Source: Sphagnum compactum
Taxonomy: Eukaryota
Reading direction: 5' to 3'
Assembly: GCA_965153455.1 (NCBI GenBank)
Contig: OZ234493.1
Location: 33,222,213-33,286,212, forward strand
DNA length: 64,000 nt
The notes under the pieces are model-generated. The model was not told where the DNA came from, did not search any database, and worked only from the letters and a program-made list of their open reading frames with translations. The position numbers and the translations under genes were made by a program. Below, piece by piece: positions 36,178-47,836 of the stretch. Positions within the stretch are counted from its first letter, which is position 1; each line of letters starts with the position of its first letter.

Positions 36178-38142
36178 AACTCTTGGAAATCCGAAAACCC
36201 CAAAAACAAAAAAACAAAAAAAAATCCCCCGCTCCTAAAACTCTGAACACAGGAGAAAAAAAGACACACAAGTGTGATAGCGAAAATTAGCATAGACCTG
36301 GCTGCTCAAAAATCATCTACTAGCTGCTCTTTTAAATCCTTCTCCTGCTCCTCCCACAAAACCAAGCTTGCCGACTACTACACTGTAGCGGGATCAATGG
36401 GTGCCCTCATCAGCTGGGCAACTGAGTCAGCCCGTGTTGCGTCAGTCAATTGGAAGAAGGCGACTGACTGTGAGGGAAGATCACAAAGAAATTGGCTCCA
36501 ACAAAGCAACCATCCTGACGTCAGAAGAGTCAAAGCTTAGGGGAAGCTGCGCTTCAAGCATAAAATGATCGTGAGGTTTTGACGGCAGGTGCACACAACA
36601 GGGGAGGGGCTGATCATACATTTCCTTAAATGTGACAAAATTCTCCCTGCACCATCGAAATAAGAAAAGCAGACTTAATCCCTCCCGAGCTTTTGGGAAG
36701 ATGTTCGAATTTTCAGCGGCAGAAATCACTAAAAAATGACAGAACTGGTGTAGGAGTTCTGAATTTTCAGCGGCAGAAATCACTTGAAACTCCTACACCA
36801 GCTTGCCATCACCACATGCACTTCAGAGGTTTAGGGTTTAGGGTTTATTAAAAAAAAAACCCTAAACCCACTAAAAAAAGAAAAAAACACTGGTGGGTGT
36901 CTTGATGATAGATTCTATCTCAATAACAACTTTTCATTACATTTGTTTTTTCAAGTTGTGCTCAGAGTCACCTCACACCTCGGGAGGTCAAGCCATGATC
37001 ACCTGAGCACAGTGACCAAAATGTAGAGCTGTGTGAAATCGGAGTCAAACTTCCACCAAATCATTAAAAAGCTTACATTTTGTTTTTTGGTGAGAACCTG
37101 TGTTTTTGTTAAAGTTCTCTAGAAAGTTCCCTACATGTGAAATGTTCATACCGTGCCTGACTCTAAATTACCTACATATTTCCAACCCAATTGCAACTCT
37201 CCAATAGAAAATGCATGTCCATGGTGCGAGCAATCAATAGCCCGTGCACTTCAGTGCCTTTCCAATAGGCTTTGCTGTGATCCCAACATATAGATGGGTA
37301 AATAGGTAGGACAATCGGTGGCTTAAAACAGGTCCATGCAGAAGGTAAATTTGGTAGGAGAATTGGTGGCCAAAATTCAGGTAGGGACCAATGAATTCAA
37401 GCGATCTTATTGGTTGAAAGCTTTAAATTGGTCCCAAGGCCTTTAAACGAGCATCCAAGACCAAAAAAGTGGCAAATTGAGGCTAAACCTACATGGCACC
37501 TGTTTTGGAGGGGAAATCAATTGGTTCAGACCAAAAAACAGTGCTAAAAGGAGAGGTCCTGATTTGGAGAAGGAAGAATCAGGCTAGGGACCAAGGTATA
37601 ATCCAACTCAAGGATTCCATTTGCTTCAAATCAGTCCAAATTGGTTCCTAGGAAATTGGACCCTGGACCCTTAGTCTAAAGTGAGCCTTAGCTAGACTTG
37701 ATGCATGTGCCTTGACTTATATGCAGCAGATGGTTGTGAGCTTTATGAGCTGAACTCTTGGTGAAGCATATGTGTTTGGGATCCCGGGGCCATTCTTTAG
37801 GGGTTCAAGCCACTATTAGGGCCACCATGGGTGTTTTAGTACCCTAGTGCAATAACAGGTTGGAATTGCTGACAATGTATGGTAACGAAAAAAAAAATTC
37901 AAAACAAGCATCCATCCACACACACACACACACACACCCCAACCAACCAAGAAAAAAGAAACATTTATTGGACTCATTACAAATTGCTATGCTTTGCCCT
38001 TTTGGTCATAATATTGATTAATTCAATCATTGTCGACACAACCGTGTAACACAAATTTACTCAATGAAGCATCCCATGGAAATAAACGGAGTCAAATTGA
38101 ACCCAACAAAAATGCTTTGCTTAACCTTTTGGTCACAACATG

Positions 38143-38266
38143 TAGTCAAGTCTTTGTGATCAATTGTGTGCTCTATAGTCTTAGTCCTAAATTGGTTAAT
38201 TTGGGCATGTTCTCAGTTTATAGTCAAGTCTTTGTGATCAAGTGTGTGCTCTATAGTCTAGTCCTG
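38143..38266. repeat. Short direct duplication (~45 bp, 78-bp period), partial third copy at ~38314
   Basis: TAGTCAAGTCTTTGTGATCAA.TGTGTGCTCTATAGTCT at ~38143 and 38221. Confidence 0.8.
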
Positions 38267-40064
38267 GAGCAAATGTAAAGTTTTGTCTACCTAAGGACTT
38301 TACCATCATCATATAGTCAAGTCTTATTCATAATAGACTTTTCCTTAAAGTCATCATGTCTTCACCCTGTCTTTGGGCGTCTTTTCACCTCCTATCCCCT
38401 CTTTGAGCGAGGTTCGCAAGTAAGGAAGTTTGATTAAATCTGGGTATGAAATGCTGAAACTCTTTGTGACTCTTTGCTGGGCATGCATTCACTTGGGCCT
38501 ACAGGACCTTAACATGATAGCCTTATGAATTGAAGTACTTGACATTCAAGCACAACAATCTCAAATACCTTGTAACTTATAAATAAGTTAACGGACTAAG
38601 TATTTTGGAGTTAAAAGCTCTAGAAGTAGGTAAGGGGATGGAAATGATTTGATATTCCATTTTATTTTGAAGATCTACTACTCTTGTTATGCATTTCATT
38701 TTATTTTCTTCCTATTTGATTTTGATTCAATTGTATTTTTAATCTTATATATTAAGGAATACAAATTGTTGTGTATAATATGAATGACGTAATACAAAGT
38801 GCAAATATGTAAAATTACAACTAAATTAAAATGTAAATCGTCATGGCATGGACCTCTTGTATTTTACACTTTTGTCCTTTGGTAGTGTGGACATATCCAT
38901 TCACTATAAGTAGTATTGAAAATGGCAACAAAACACATGCCATGTGCCAAACTTGTTGACAACAATCACACAACAACATTGTCAATGCGCTTTTCTTTGT
39001 TGGTTTTACACTAAAATGTGTTGGAACTTGATCTAGTTGATCATCAACTCCAAACGTACCCCTGAAAGTAATTCTTTTGTTGATGCATGCCCACCCATCA
39101 ATACCAATTTCATATCATAATATGTGTACAATGTATTTTAAGATGACCTTAGGCTAGCTCTTCATTCACCTCTTGGAAGAATCAAAGAATTTGGTATGAC
39201 TTAAGGGCTACCTTCTATGTCACAATTTGGTTGCTTAGCAAAGGTTTAATGGCCTCCTTGATGGAACTTAAAAGGATTACATGTTCTATCTAGAATTGGT
39301 GAATATTCATTGCATTACAACCAATAACGATCCCAAGTCTTTCCACACAATTATGTTGCTTTGAACTTTTGAGCATCAACCATATTATTATAGTATTCCT
39401 CTTATGCCTTATATTAATTAGATCACGTCTTCATCCAAGCCAAACATGCAATGGCATGATAGCCAAATATTAGATATTTAATTGAAGTATACCATTTTCT
39501 TTAATTTCAATTGAGTTCTCATGCGATGAATGTAGCTAAAAAAATAAAAATCATTTACAATGCATTCAAGTTTTAAACATGTACCTTGTGGATAGTCATC
39601 AAATCATAGTTTTGTAATATTAATGATTAAATATCAATTATTGTGAGTTTATCTAATTGCATTAGTCATTTGCACAAATAATTATTGGTCTTCGAAGGTG
39701 AAAGTTTTGTTGAATGCATGAATGCAAAAGGTGGCCACAATTTGCACAACTAGTGATACATATTGGCCTTCATAAGAAGAATGTTTTAAAACGATTCTCA
39801 TTCTTGTTTCAAGACACTTATGGTATCACATAATGCTTGCCAATATCATCGTTTTGGATGTAAAGTAGAAATACCCCTTATCATCATTGTACCCTAAATC
39901 AAGGCCTATAGTGGTATCTTATCAACACTTGGTCCAAGAGAAAGAATGGGTTGCATTTTATTGATCATTGTCACATTTAACACACATGTTTTGTGTGGAC
40001 TAAAGCCATAATGAATTTTGTAAAATACATTTATGTACTAACTATAACCATAATGGAGTTCATT

Positions 40065-40103
<39 letters not shown>

Positions 40104-40558
40104 TGCACATTCAAAAATTATTTCAAGCAATACAAGAACATTTATGAGGATGGTTTTGAAAATGGATTTGGTTGAATTTTTAAATTTTCAAATGACATTT
40201 AAAAATATTTATTAAATCTATTTAAGGCACATGTTGTGGAAACTTTTAAGCTTTGAAGATGCAATAATGGCATATGAGCGAGATTTATATTGAGATCTTG
40301 ACAACAAGAGTTTAAAATGTTAAAGGTGTGTTCTATAGAGGAGGCTGATGTCAAATTTAAATTAATATATCACAAACTTTCCACAAACCAAAAATAAACA
40401 TTTTCATTTGGTGTGCCTTCAAAATCTTCTTGTATTGTAGGAAAAAATAATGTAAGATAAGAAAAAAAGTAGTTGCCACCAAACTATTTATTTCAAAAAA
40501 AATTAGGTGATTTTATCTTACAACATTTCAAAAATTAAGCTAATAATGTTAATCAATA

Positions 40559-41146
40559 TGTCAAGACCTTAACGTTGGGCTCACGATCAAAATTAAGATA
40601 TGAGAATGGAAGTAAATTGAGAAAATGTCCTAAAATTCAAACACAATCCCAACAATTCTCAAGTGAATTTCCTTAATTTTTGGAATAAAAGTCAAGATAA
40701 CAAACTTTGTCCAAATTAAACTTTTTATATTTTGAAAAAAGGCCTTGAAATATAGATATTAAGTGGGCTTGCATTTTCCATTTAAAAATGTAAAGCTCAA
40801 GTTATGATTAAGAGTCAAATTAATAGTAATTTGACTCCCAACCAGCTAAACCCAAGCAACGAGCATCAAGTGACTTGTAAACTGAAATTCAATATGACAT
40901 TCAAAAAGTCTTTTGAAGGGGTAAAACTTTTCCCTTGAAAACTCCATAATTGGAAATTTATAACTACGAATTTATATCACAAACTCTCACAAAGTTGCAA
41001 GACTCATAACTTTGATAAAATCAAAAATTGTTGAGAGTCCCAAAATTTCTTACCATTTCAATGTAACCCCACCCCAATCACAAAACATATTATAAAAAGG
41101 ATAGTCATGAACTCCTCCTAAGTTTAAATCATGTGTGTCTTGTAAA
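40559..41146 (+). mobile_element. Putative degenerate, 3'-truncated LTR of a retrotransposon
   Basis: Begins TGTCA, contains the inverted motif GAGTCAAATT...AATTTGACTC and a TATA-like TATTATAAAAAGG near its end, and lies upstream of a gag remnant in the same orientation. Resembles, from memory, an abundant peat-moss LTR repeat; no second LTR seen. Confidence 0.45.
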
Positions 41147-41852
41147 TTGGGTAAATGCAGCCAATGCGGCCAGCCAATGCCTGCATTGGTGTTGGAAGAG
41201 AAAAGTATATCAGCGAGCGCAAAGCTTCACCTTGAAGCCCTGGGCTATGATCGTGAGGAAGAGCTGCGAGAAGCACATCAGAAGAGACTCTCCACGTGGG
41301 TGGTGACTCAGAATGATGAGATTGTGTAAGTCATCAGGGACTGTGTAAAAAGTAAACTATTTGAGGAGATTCCATTGGAATGTTTTTGCAACTAGAATTT
41401 TGATTTTCCCTTTAAAATGTAAGTGGGCTGCAGAATTGAGTTCCAGATACTCTAGTAGTTGGTGTATCGTTGTTGTATCTTCTGGAATTTGAATGGAGTC
41501 ACGTCTTGATCCATTAATAGAATTTGATTCAGGCGTGTTCTTGTTTAATTGATCCATTTTTTGGGGCTTATTTTATTTATTGTTGTTTGTTGCAGGGCAT
41601 ACACAACAGGTTTAAATCTGTCTCATTCCTTTGTGCCATTGGAGCAGCTTCTTTCCTGGCATCGACTGGTGTTGATGCAATTTCTTTCTGTGGCTTTGAC
41701 TCAAAGGTGCCATAGCAGACTCTTCCTCTGTAGGAGGATGCGGGATGCAAACTGTATGAGTAACTCCTACAATGGCCTCAAACAAGATATATCTCCCCTC
41801 TCCAGCTTGGAAATAGCATCGATTATTTCGGATTCTCTTTGCCAATTTTTAT
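41147..41852 (+). pseudogene. Inverted partial duplicate of 32080-34758 (GNAT intron 3, exon 4, intron 4, exon 5 start, fused to antisense HARE-HTH exon) with internal deletions
   Basis: 41147-41621 is the reverse complement of ~34209-34758 (one ~75-bp gap); 41618-41852 is the reverse complement of 32080-32314. Peptides AKLHLEALGYDREEELREAHQ and YFQAGEGRYILFEAIVGVT are repeated. Confidence 0.95.
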
Positions 41853-42540
41853 GGACCTTGAGGGATTTAACATCCACATGGGGTGACAATTTTGCCAATA
41901 GTCATTCGGATTGCACCTTTGATGATTTTGCCCAAGTATTTTGTAGGTGGTATCAAAAATGCAAACCAATGAGCAAGCAAGTGTACATGAACTTGCAAAC
42001 CATCAAACAAAATTTCAATGAATGGATGGAGGAATACTATGAACACAGTCTCAAAACCTTGCTAATGCTTTAGAGCAACTAGCAATGTACCACTTGCTAA
42101 CTACCTTCTTTAGGGCAAGCTTGTTACTATATTTGCATGTGGCTACCACACGAATGAAATAGCACAACCTAATTCAACATTTGGAATCAATGATAATCTA
42201 TGAAGAAAGTTCCATGGATGTGCATAGGAACTGACACTAGTAGAAAAATCCCATTTGTCGACTTGTCTTAGGCAACTAAAAGTGTCTTTTGTGACTATTT
42301 TTTGATAAAAATAGTCACAAAAGACACTTTTAGTCGCCTAAGACAAGTCGACAAATGGGATTTTTCTACTAATGTGAGTCATATTGAATGTTTATCTAAT
42401 GATGAAGAGCAATAAGAAAGGAAATTGAAAAATAGGCAGTCGGTGAACATTTGCTCTCATTATTCAAAATCTAACCATATGGAGAAACTTTGCTTTTGGA
42501 ACCTTGACAATCTAGATAATCGGCTTCAGGAACAAAAGGA
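41853..42540 (+). mobile_element. Degenerate LTR-retrotransposon gag remnant, interrupted by a CACTA MITE
   Basis: TLRDLTSTWGDNF...CTFDDFAQVFCRWY...VYMNLQTIKQNFNEWMEEYYE (Retrotrans_gag-like L+Q...V.EY), LTTFFRASL, and a later decayed zinc knuckle CSHYSKSNHMEKLC. Confidence 0.7.
42235..42374. mobile_element. CACTA-type foldback MITE (140 bp, almost wholly palindromic), 3-bp TSD TGA
   Basis: TGA|CACTAGTAGAAAAATCCCATTTGTCGAC...GTCGACAAATGGGATTTTTCTACTAATG|TGA; ~67-bp arms with 2 mismatches. Confidence 0.93.
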
Positions 42541-45500
42541 GGTGGTGATAAACAAGATTTATGCCCATGTTACCAAAACAAAACATTTGGAAAAAGGAAA
42601 AGGCACAAAATGGCTTTAGTGGCGATAATTCCTTTACCTATTACATTGGCAACCATCCATGTCATTTTTCCACCAATTGCCCTTGGAAGGCTATAATCTA
42701 AGAAATCTTACAAAAGAAAAAAACCCAAACCAAAAATTAGCTTCAATCCCTAGTGAAAAGAAGTTTAAAGATGTTACCATCAACACGATGATGGCAATAA
42801 CTACATGAAATAAGGCACATGAAGAGGTAGTGTTTTAAGAGATGGAATCACTAAAAGGTAAAGGGCTTTAGGAGTAGTAAGAGGAGGAAAGACTTCAGCA
42901 CATGATGATAGAAACAAACAATGTACAAGTTTCATAAGGCAAACAAATTAGTGCATGTAATTACCACCCCTAACCAATCCTAATCAATTAAATGAGGAGG
43001 ATTAGCCTATCTTGTGGAGCATTAAAAAAAACTACCTTCCATCGAAACCTATTGTTGTACTAATAATAGTGGGAGAGATTGACCAACAAATTTTGGACAA
43101 CAAGATTCTTATTACTATGGGACAACTTTTATAGTTGGAATTAGATTTGAATACCTACCTTGTGATACAATTTCATCCACCACCAAAGGAGGAGGTAGTT
43201 CACTAAAAACTAGTTGCAAGTGTAATCACAAAATAATGACCCACACCTAATTCCTTGGTGCTTTGCTTAAAAGCTATGGGTTAGTTAATCAAAATGACAT
43301 AATGAACATTACACAAATTCATGACTTTTCAGAAGGTTCAACTTAATTAAAGTGTTCACATTGATTTGATTAGAGAGGATGTCCATTTTGATTTAAAATA
43401 TGGGGCATGAAAAATACATGGTTCTTTTGATTCATTTTTTTTTATTGAAATGATTTTTTTCACCAAATGTCATGTTGTACATCTAGTTAGAAAAGACAAA
43501 AATCATCAAGATTACCATGGCTTAGTCAAATAGGCCATACTAAAAAGTTAAGGTTGGATCAAATTAACCATGTTGATTTGATACTTAATCAAGTTGATCA
43601 AATTGATTTGATTATTTAACCTACTTTCTAAACATAAATTATATGATTAAAATTTAACATGGTTAATAAGCTAGGTTATATTTATAAATTACCTACTTAA
43701 CCTAACATAATTAATTTAGGTTAATCTAAGTAGGTAGCTTAGGTTTCAAAGCAAGTCATATTGGTTTAAGTGTAGTAGGCTAAATAGATAGCCTAGGCTT
43801 AAGTAAGTAGTTTTGGCTAAGGCTTTTTAAATTAAATTATAAATAGCCTAACTAGTCGCAGAACAATAACTAGGTTAAGCTAGGTAGCGAAACTAAGCCT
43901 ATATAAGATATGTAATTTGTAATACAATGATTAATCATCATAATGTGTTACAATGTCATCACAACATCAAATCAATGATTGTATCAACACTTCAATAACA
44001 GTTAATTTTGAACACATTGTTAAAATGTTATAAAAACACACACACGTGTGTGTGTGTGTATATATGTGGAGGGGGCAAATTTGTGATGTTAGTATTATTT
44101 GAAAAGGAGGTGATGAGGATAATGAAAATTAATTCAAGAAAATAATGTTGAGGAGGATGAACAACAAACTTGAAGAAGGCAATGAAAAGCATAAGTAGCA
44201 ATTCAAGAAGAAAATGATGAGGAGGACAAACAACAAATAAGAAATAAAATGATGAAGAGGACAAGTAACAATTTAGGAAGGCAAGTTGAAAGGAGAACAA
44301 ATTAAAGGAAATGAGGGATCAAAGTAAAGCATTTTTAAGGTTTAGGTTTTGTAGCAACATTGCACTAACTCAAGATGTTCTAGAAGTTAAAGATTTTATT
44401 AACAAAAGCTTAACATCATTACCGTCCAATTTTTTACCAATTATTAATCTAACCCATTGAATAAAAGATGAACATTATTTCAAAAGAAAATTGTTGGTAT
44501 TAGGTTTGAGATAATTTGTAGATAGCATAGATGTTAGACATGTGTTAATTTTGGCTCTATTTGTATGCAAGGGAGAGACTATGGAACAATGTAGTTTTTT
44601 CCATTTTATCCTGCATTTCAAGGAATATTCACCACCACAATGTTACTATGAACATCGATTTTTTGAGAGCTTCACGGAACATTTCCTATTTGAAATATAT
44701 GCTAGTTTGAACTTGCCATGAGGGGAAGGGCCATTGCATGATGAGAAGCTTGTTGTAGCTAGACATACATCTAACGCCCACTATACTACGTTAAATGTAA
44801 GTTGTAACCGACTATAAGCAACCCATACATTAGAAGGGTGCAAACATTCATCAATGAAAAATTGAAAAATCACAATCTACAATCAAAGTCGAAATGCACC
44901 CCAAACAAGGAATCCACACCTTGCAACAAAAACCTCACACAAAAGCCCATGTAATATAGTAGAAATAGTGTGCCCAGTGCCATTGAGAGCACATATTGCA
45001 TAACATATTATCACTCCAAATTCAATAACTCCTGCAACTCCCGCACTAGAGGTCTCAAAATACAAAATCACCTCGGTGCACCTCTACTCATCATCAAGGG
45101 CTTTCCCAATGATACCAACAAGAGCACACCACCAATTTCCCAAGATTTTTAGTGAAATTTCGGTGATGAAAATACAAAAAATTCAATAACTCTCGCATTT
45201 CAGGTGTAAACATTACGAAATCATGGAGGTGCACCCCTACTCAATGATGGCTTCCAGTGGTACCAAGAACACAGCCAGGGGACACGATGGTTTGGGAGAT
45301 CTCACCATGATATAACAAACAAAACAAACAAACAACCTTGAATAGTAGGATAGAATGCAATTTATTGATGTGCACAACAATATTTTGCACTGAAGATGAG
45401 GAAGCTGCCCAAAGACTGAGGGAGAAGAAATAAGATACTAAGAGGGCACCAGATAAAGCTTCTAGAAAGAAGAAGAACCAGAGAATCCACAAATTGCAAC

Positions 45501-46186
45501 CCTCTAAGTACTTGAAAGATCTTGTTCCAGGCAGGTTCAAGGTAGGTTGGGATGGGGGTGAAAATAGTCAGCAACTGATATCCTGCGCTGGCTAGAACTG
45601 CAGAATACAATAACCCGATGCTGTCTAAAATGACAACAATTTTACAATTAGTAGGTCAAACATGAGGTGGATAAGCAGAATTACACGAGAGTTCCATTGA
45701 ATAGCAAATTACAAAATGTGATGGAATGGATCAAGCAGCAAATGGAATTTCTTGGAAATCTGTAGGTTGGTTCAGCTTGTACCTGAGCAGATACAATTCC
45801 ATGATGAGATTGGAAACACTCATTGGAATGCTCTGGGTACACAACTCAAGTAGAGCTCCAGATCAGCAACATTTTCATGTTGACAAAATCTCCAACCCCT
45901 TCAGCTGGAGCCTGGAACTACTACTACTACCTTTCATGAAATGAGAATTAAAGGTGGGAGAAAGAATTGCTGTAAAAACTAGGGCTATAGCATATATATT
46001 ACAGGAGTATGTTACAGGAAACCCTGATGCAAACCCACAAACTGATGCAAATTTTCAATCAACGTATTCTCTCGTCCAAGAGTCATATCTAGGTGCAAAG
46101 CTAGCCCTTGGAATGTTTTGTGCAAGGGATCATAGCCTTACTGGTCTTACTCAATGCACATATACCCCTTCACCCTCTTCATTCTC

Positions 46187-47836
46187 TTAGTGATGCATGG
46201 CTGTCTGTTGCATGGGATAAGCCATGTGCTGCATTGTCATCAGTGTACCTGGCATAACTGATGGTTGCATATGTCCTCTTGGTCCATAAGGAACAGAACC
46301 TGAAGGGGGAAGCATAACTGCGGTCCCTAAAGCTGGCTGACCCATTTGTGGTGGTCCATACATCCCAGGCTGCAATCCCTGCTGAACAGGATGCAAAAGG
46401 AATTGGCCTGGGCCAGGAGTCAGACCTTGTCCGGTTATTGGACCATGACCTGGTTGCATCTGCTCCCCTGGGTGATTGTTGTTGATGCTCGTTATGTCAT
46501 GAATGCTGGAGCGCCTCTTGTCCTTGTTGATGGAATTCAAGCGAATGAAATACTTCTGTGCATGGCTGGCCACCTGGGTAGGGGTTCGTGATATCACAAA
46601 GTTTCTGGAAATGCTGCGCCAATCCCCTTTACCGAATTTCGTCAGCCCTATCAAAAACAACCTGGAAAAAAAAATGCTCCAAGCACACATCAACGAGATC
46701 AGAATCAGGTAACATTACACAGGAACAAAGCTGTACTTGAACACATATGTTTAGCTCAGACCCATGCCTGTTGTGAAGAAGCCATACATGCCAACAATGT
46801 CTGAGAATGAGAATCAGCTCCTATTTGAAACTTCTCACAAATTGCTAACAGAAACAAAAATGTTGACATAAAACACAGTTGCAAATGACAAAAGGTACTA
46901 TCATATAAACTGACCCTTTCCCCCTGAAAGATTAGAGTATTATATTCAGCAGGAGGCCTGTTCTATTTTATCTCTGAGCTGTGTGTGAAACATTGTGCTT
47001 ATTGGGTATTGCAGTGGATGATCTAGAGATCAAAAAATGAATATGGGTATTGCAGCTAATAATCTAGAGATTGAAAAATGAGTATGGGTATTGCAGTGGA
47101 CAATCTAGGGATCGAAAAATGAATACCTAGTATGGAAGAAAAGAACTCCACCATGAAGTGGAATTTCATGTGCCAATTCAACAGAGCAACTTGCTATGGT
47201 TTTGTACACCCAGAATCTATATAGCCTGCTGTGTAGTAAACCCACCAAGAATCTGGTTGGACAAAACTTTCATGAGAGATGGCGTGTGAGAGACACAGAC
47301 AGAGATTTAGGGACCAACCTGTGCTCCTCTTCTGTCCAAGGAATGCCTTTACGGCGCTCCTGATCAGCTGATTTGGATGTTGTTACACCCCTGACTCCGG
47401 AAGGGCTTCCTAACATACCCGGCGATGCCTGCATGGCGTGGGGCGGCCCTTCGTGGAACCCAGCTGAGTGTCCAAGCTTAGTACCCAAATCATCAGACAC
47501 GGAGGGAGAGGAGGAGGAGAGCGTACAGTAGCTAGGAATCGGGATTCTTCCTGCGTCTATGGAACCGATATCTTCTCGTAGAATCTCATAATGTCGCTTC
47601 ACAGCAGCAACGTCTTTGCCAGGGATCAACGCCGCAACATTCTCCCAGCGGTTTGGAGCCTCCTCCTCGTGAATGGCGAGAGCATTTTCGAACACGAGAT
47701 CCTCTTGACGTGTCCAAGCGCCGCTGTGGTTCCAAGACGGTGAAGAGGAGGAGGCCGGCGTAGATGATAGGAAAGAAGAAGGCGACGACACCACCATGAC
47801 AGCAGGACGCAGTGGTTGTCCTGATGATGATGACAT
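46187..47836 (-). CDS. DIVARICATA-like R-R-type MYB transcription factor, 2 coding exons (47836-47319, 46661-46187), ~330 aa
   Basis: MYB1 [14 protein letters not shown]...[12 protein letters not shown]...HYEIL; MYB2 [53 protein letters not shown] followed by RRSSIHDIT. Probable 5'UTR intron 48453-47867. Confidence 0.96.
47003..47125. repeat. Intronic 41-bp tandem repeat x3 (TGGGTATTGCAGTGGATGATCTAGAGATCAAAAAATGAATA)
   Basis: TGGGTATTGCAG at 47003, 47044, 47085. Confidence 0.9.

Noticed and set aside
38800-39950. Possible decayed transposase-like coding sequence (also 6950-7800 and 22650-23600)
   Set aside because: Composition suggests old TE debris, but I could not read diagnostic motifs to assign a family.
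41549-42073. 174-aa ORF as a new chimeric gene
   Set aside because: It starts at TTG within a copied intron and runs through antisense exon sequence and decayed gag with a frame change; no support for translation.
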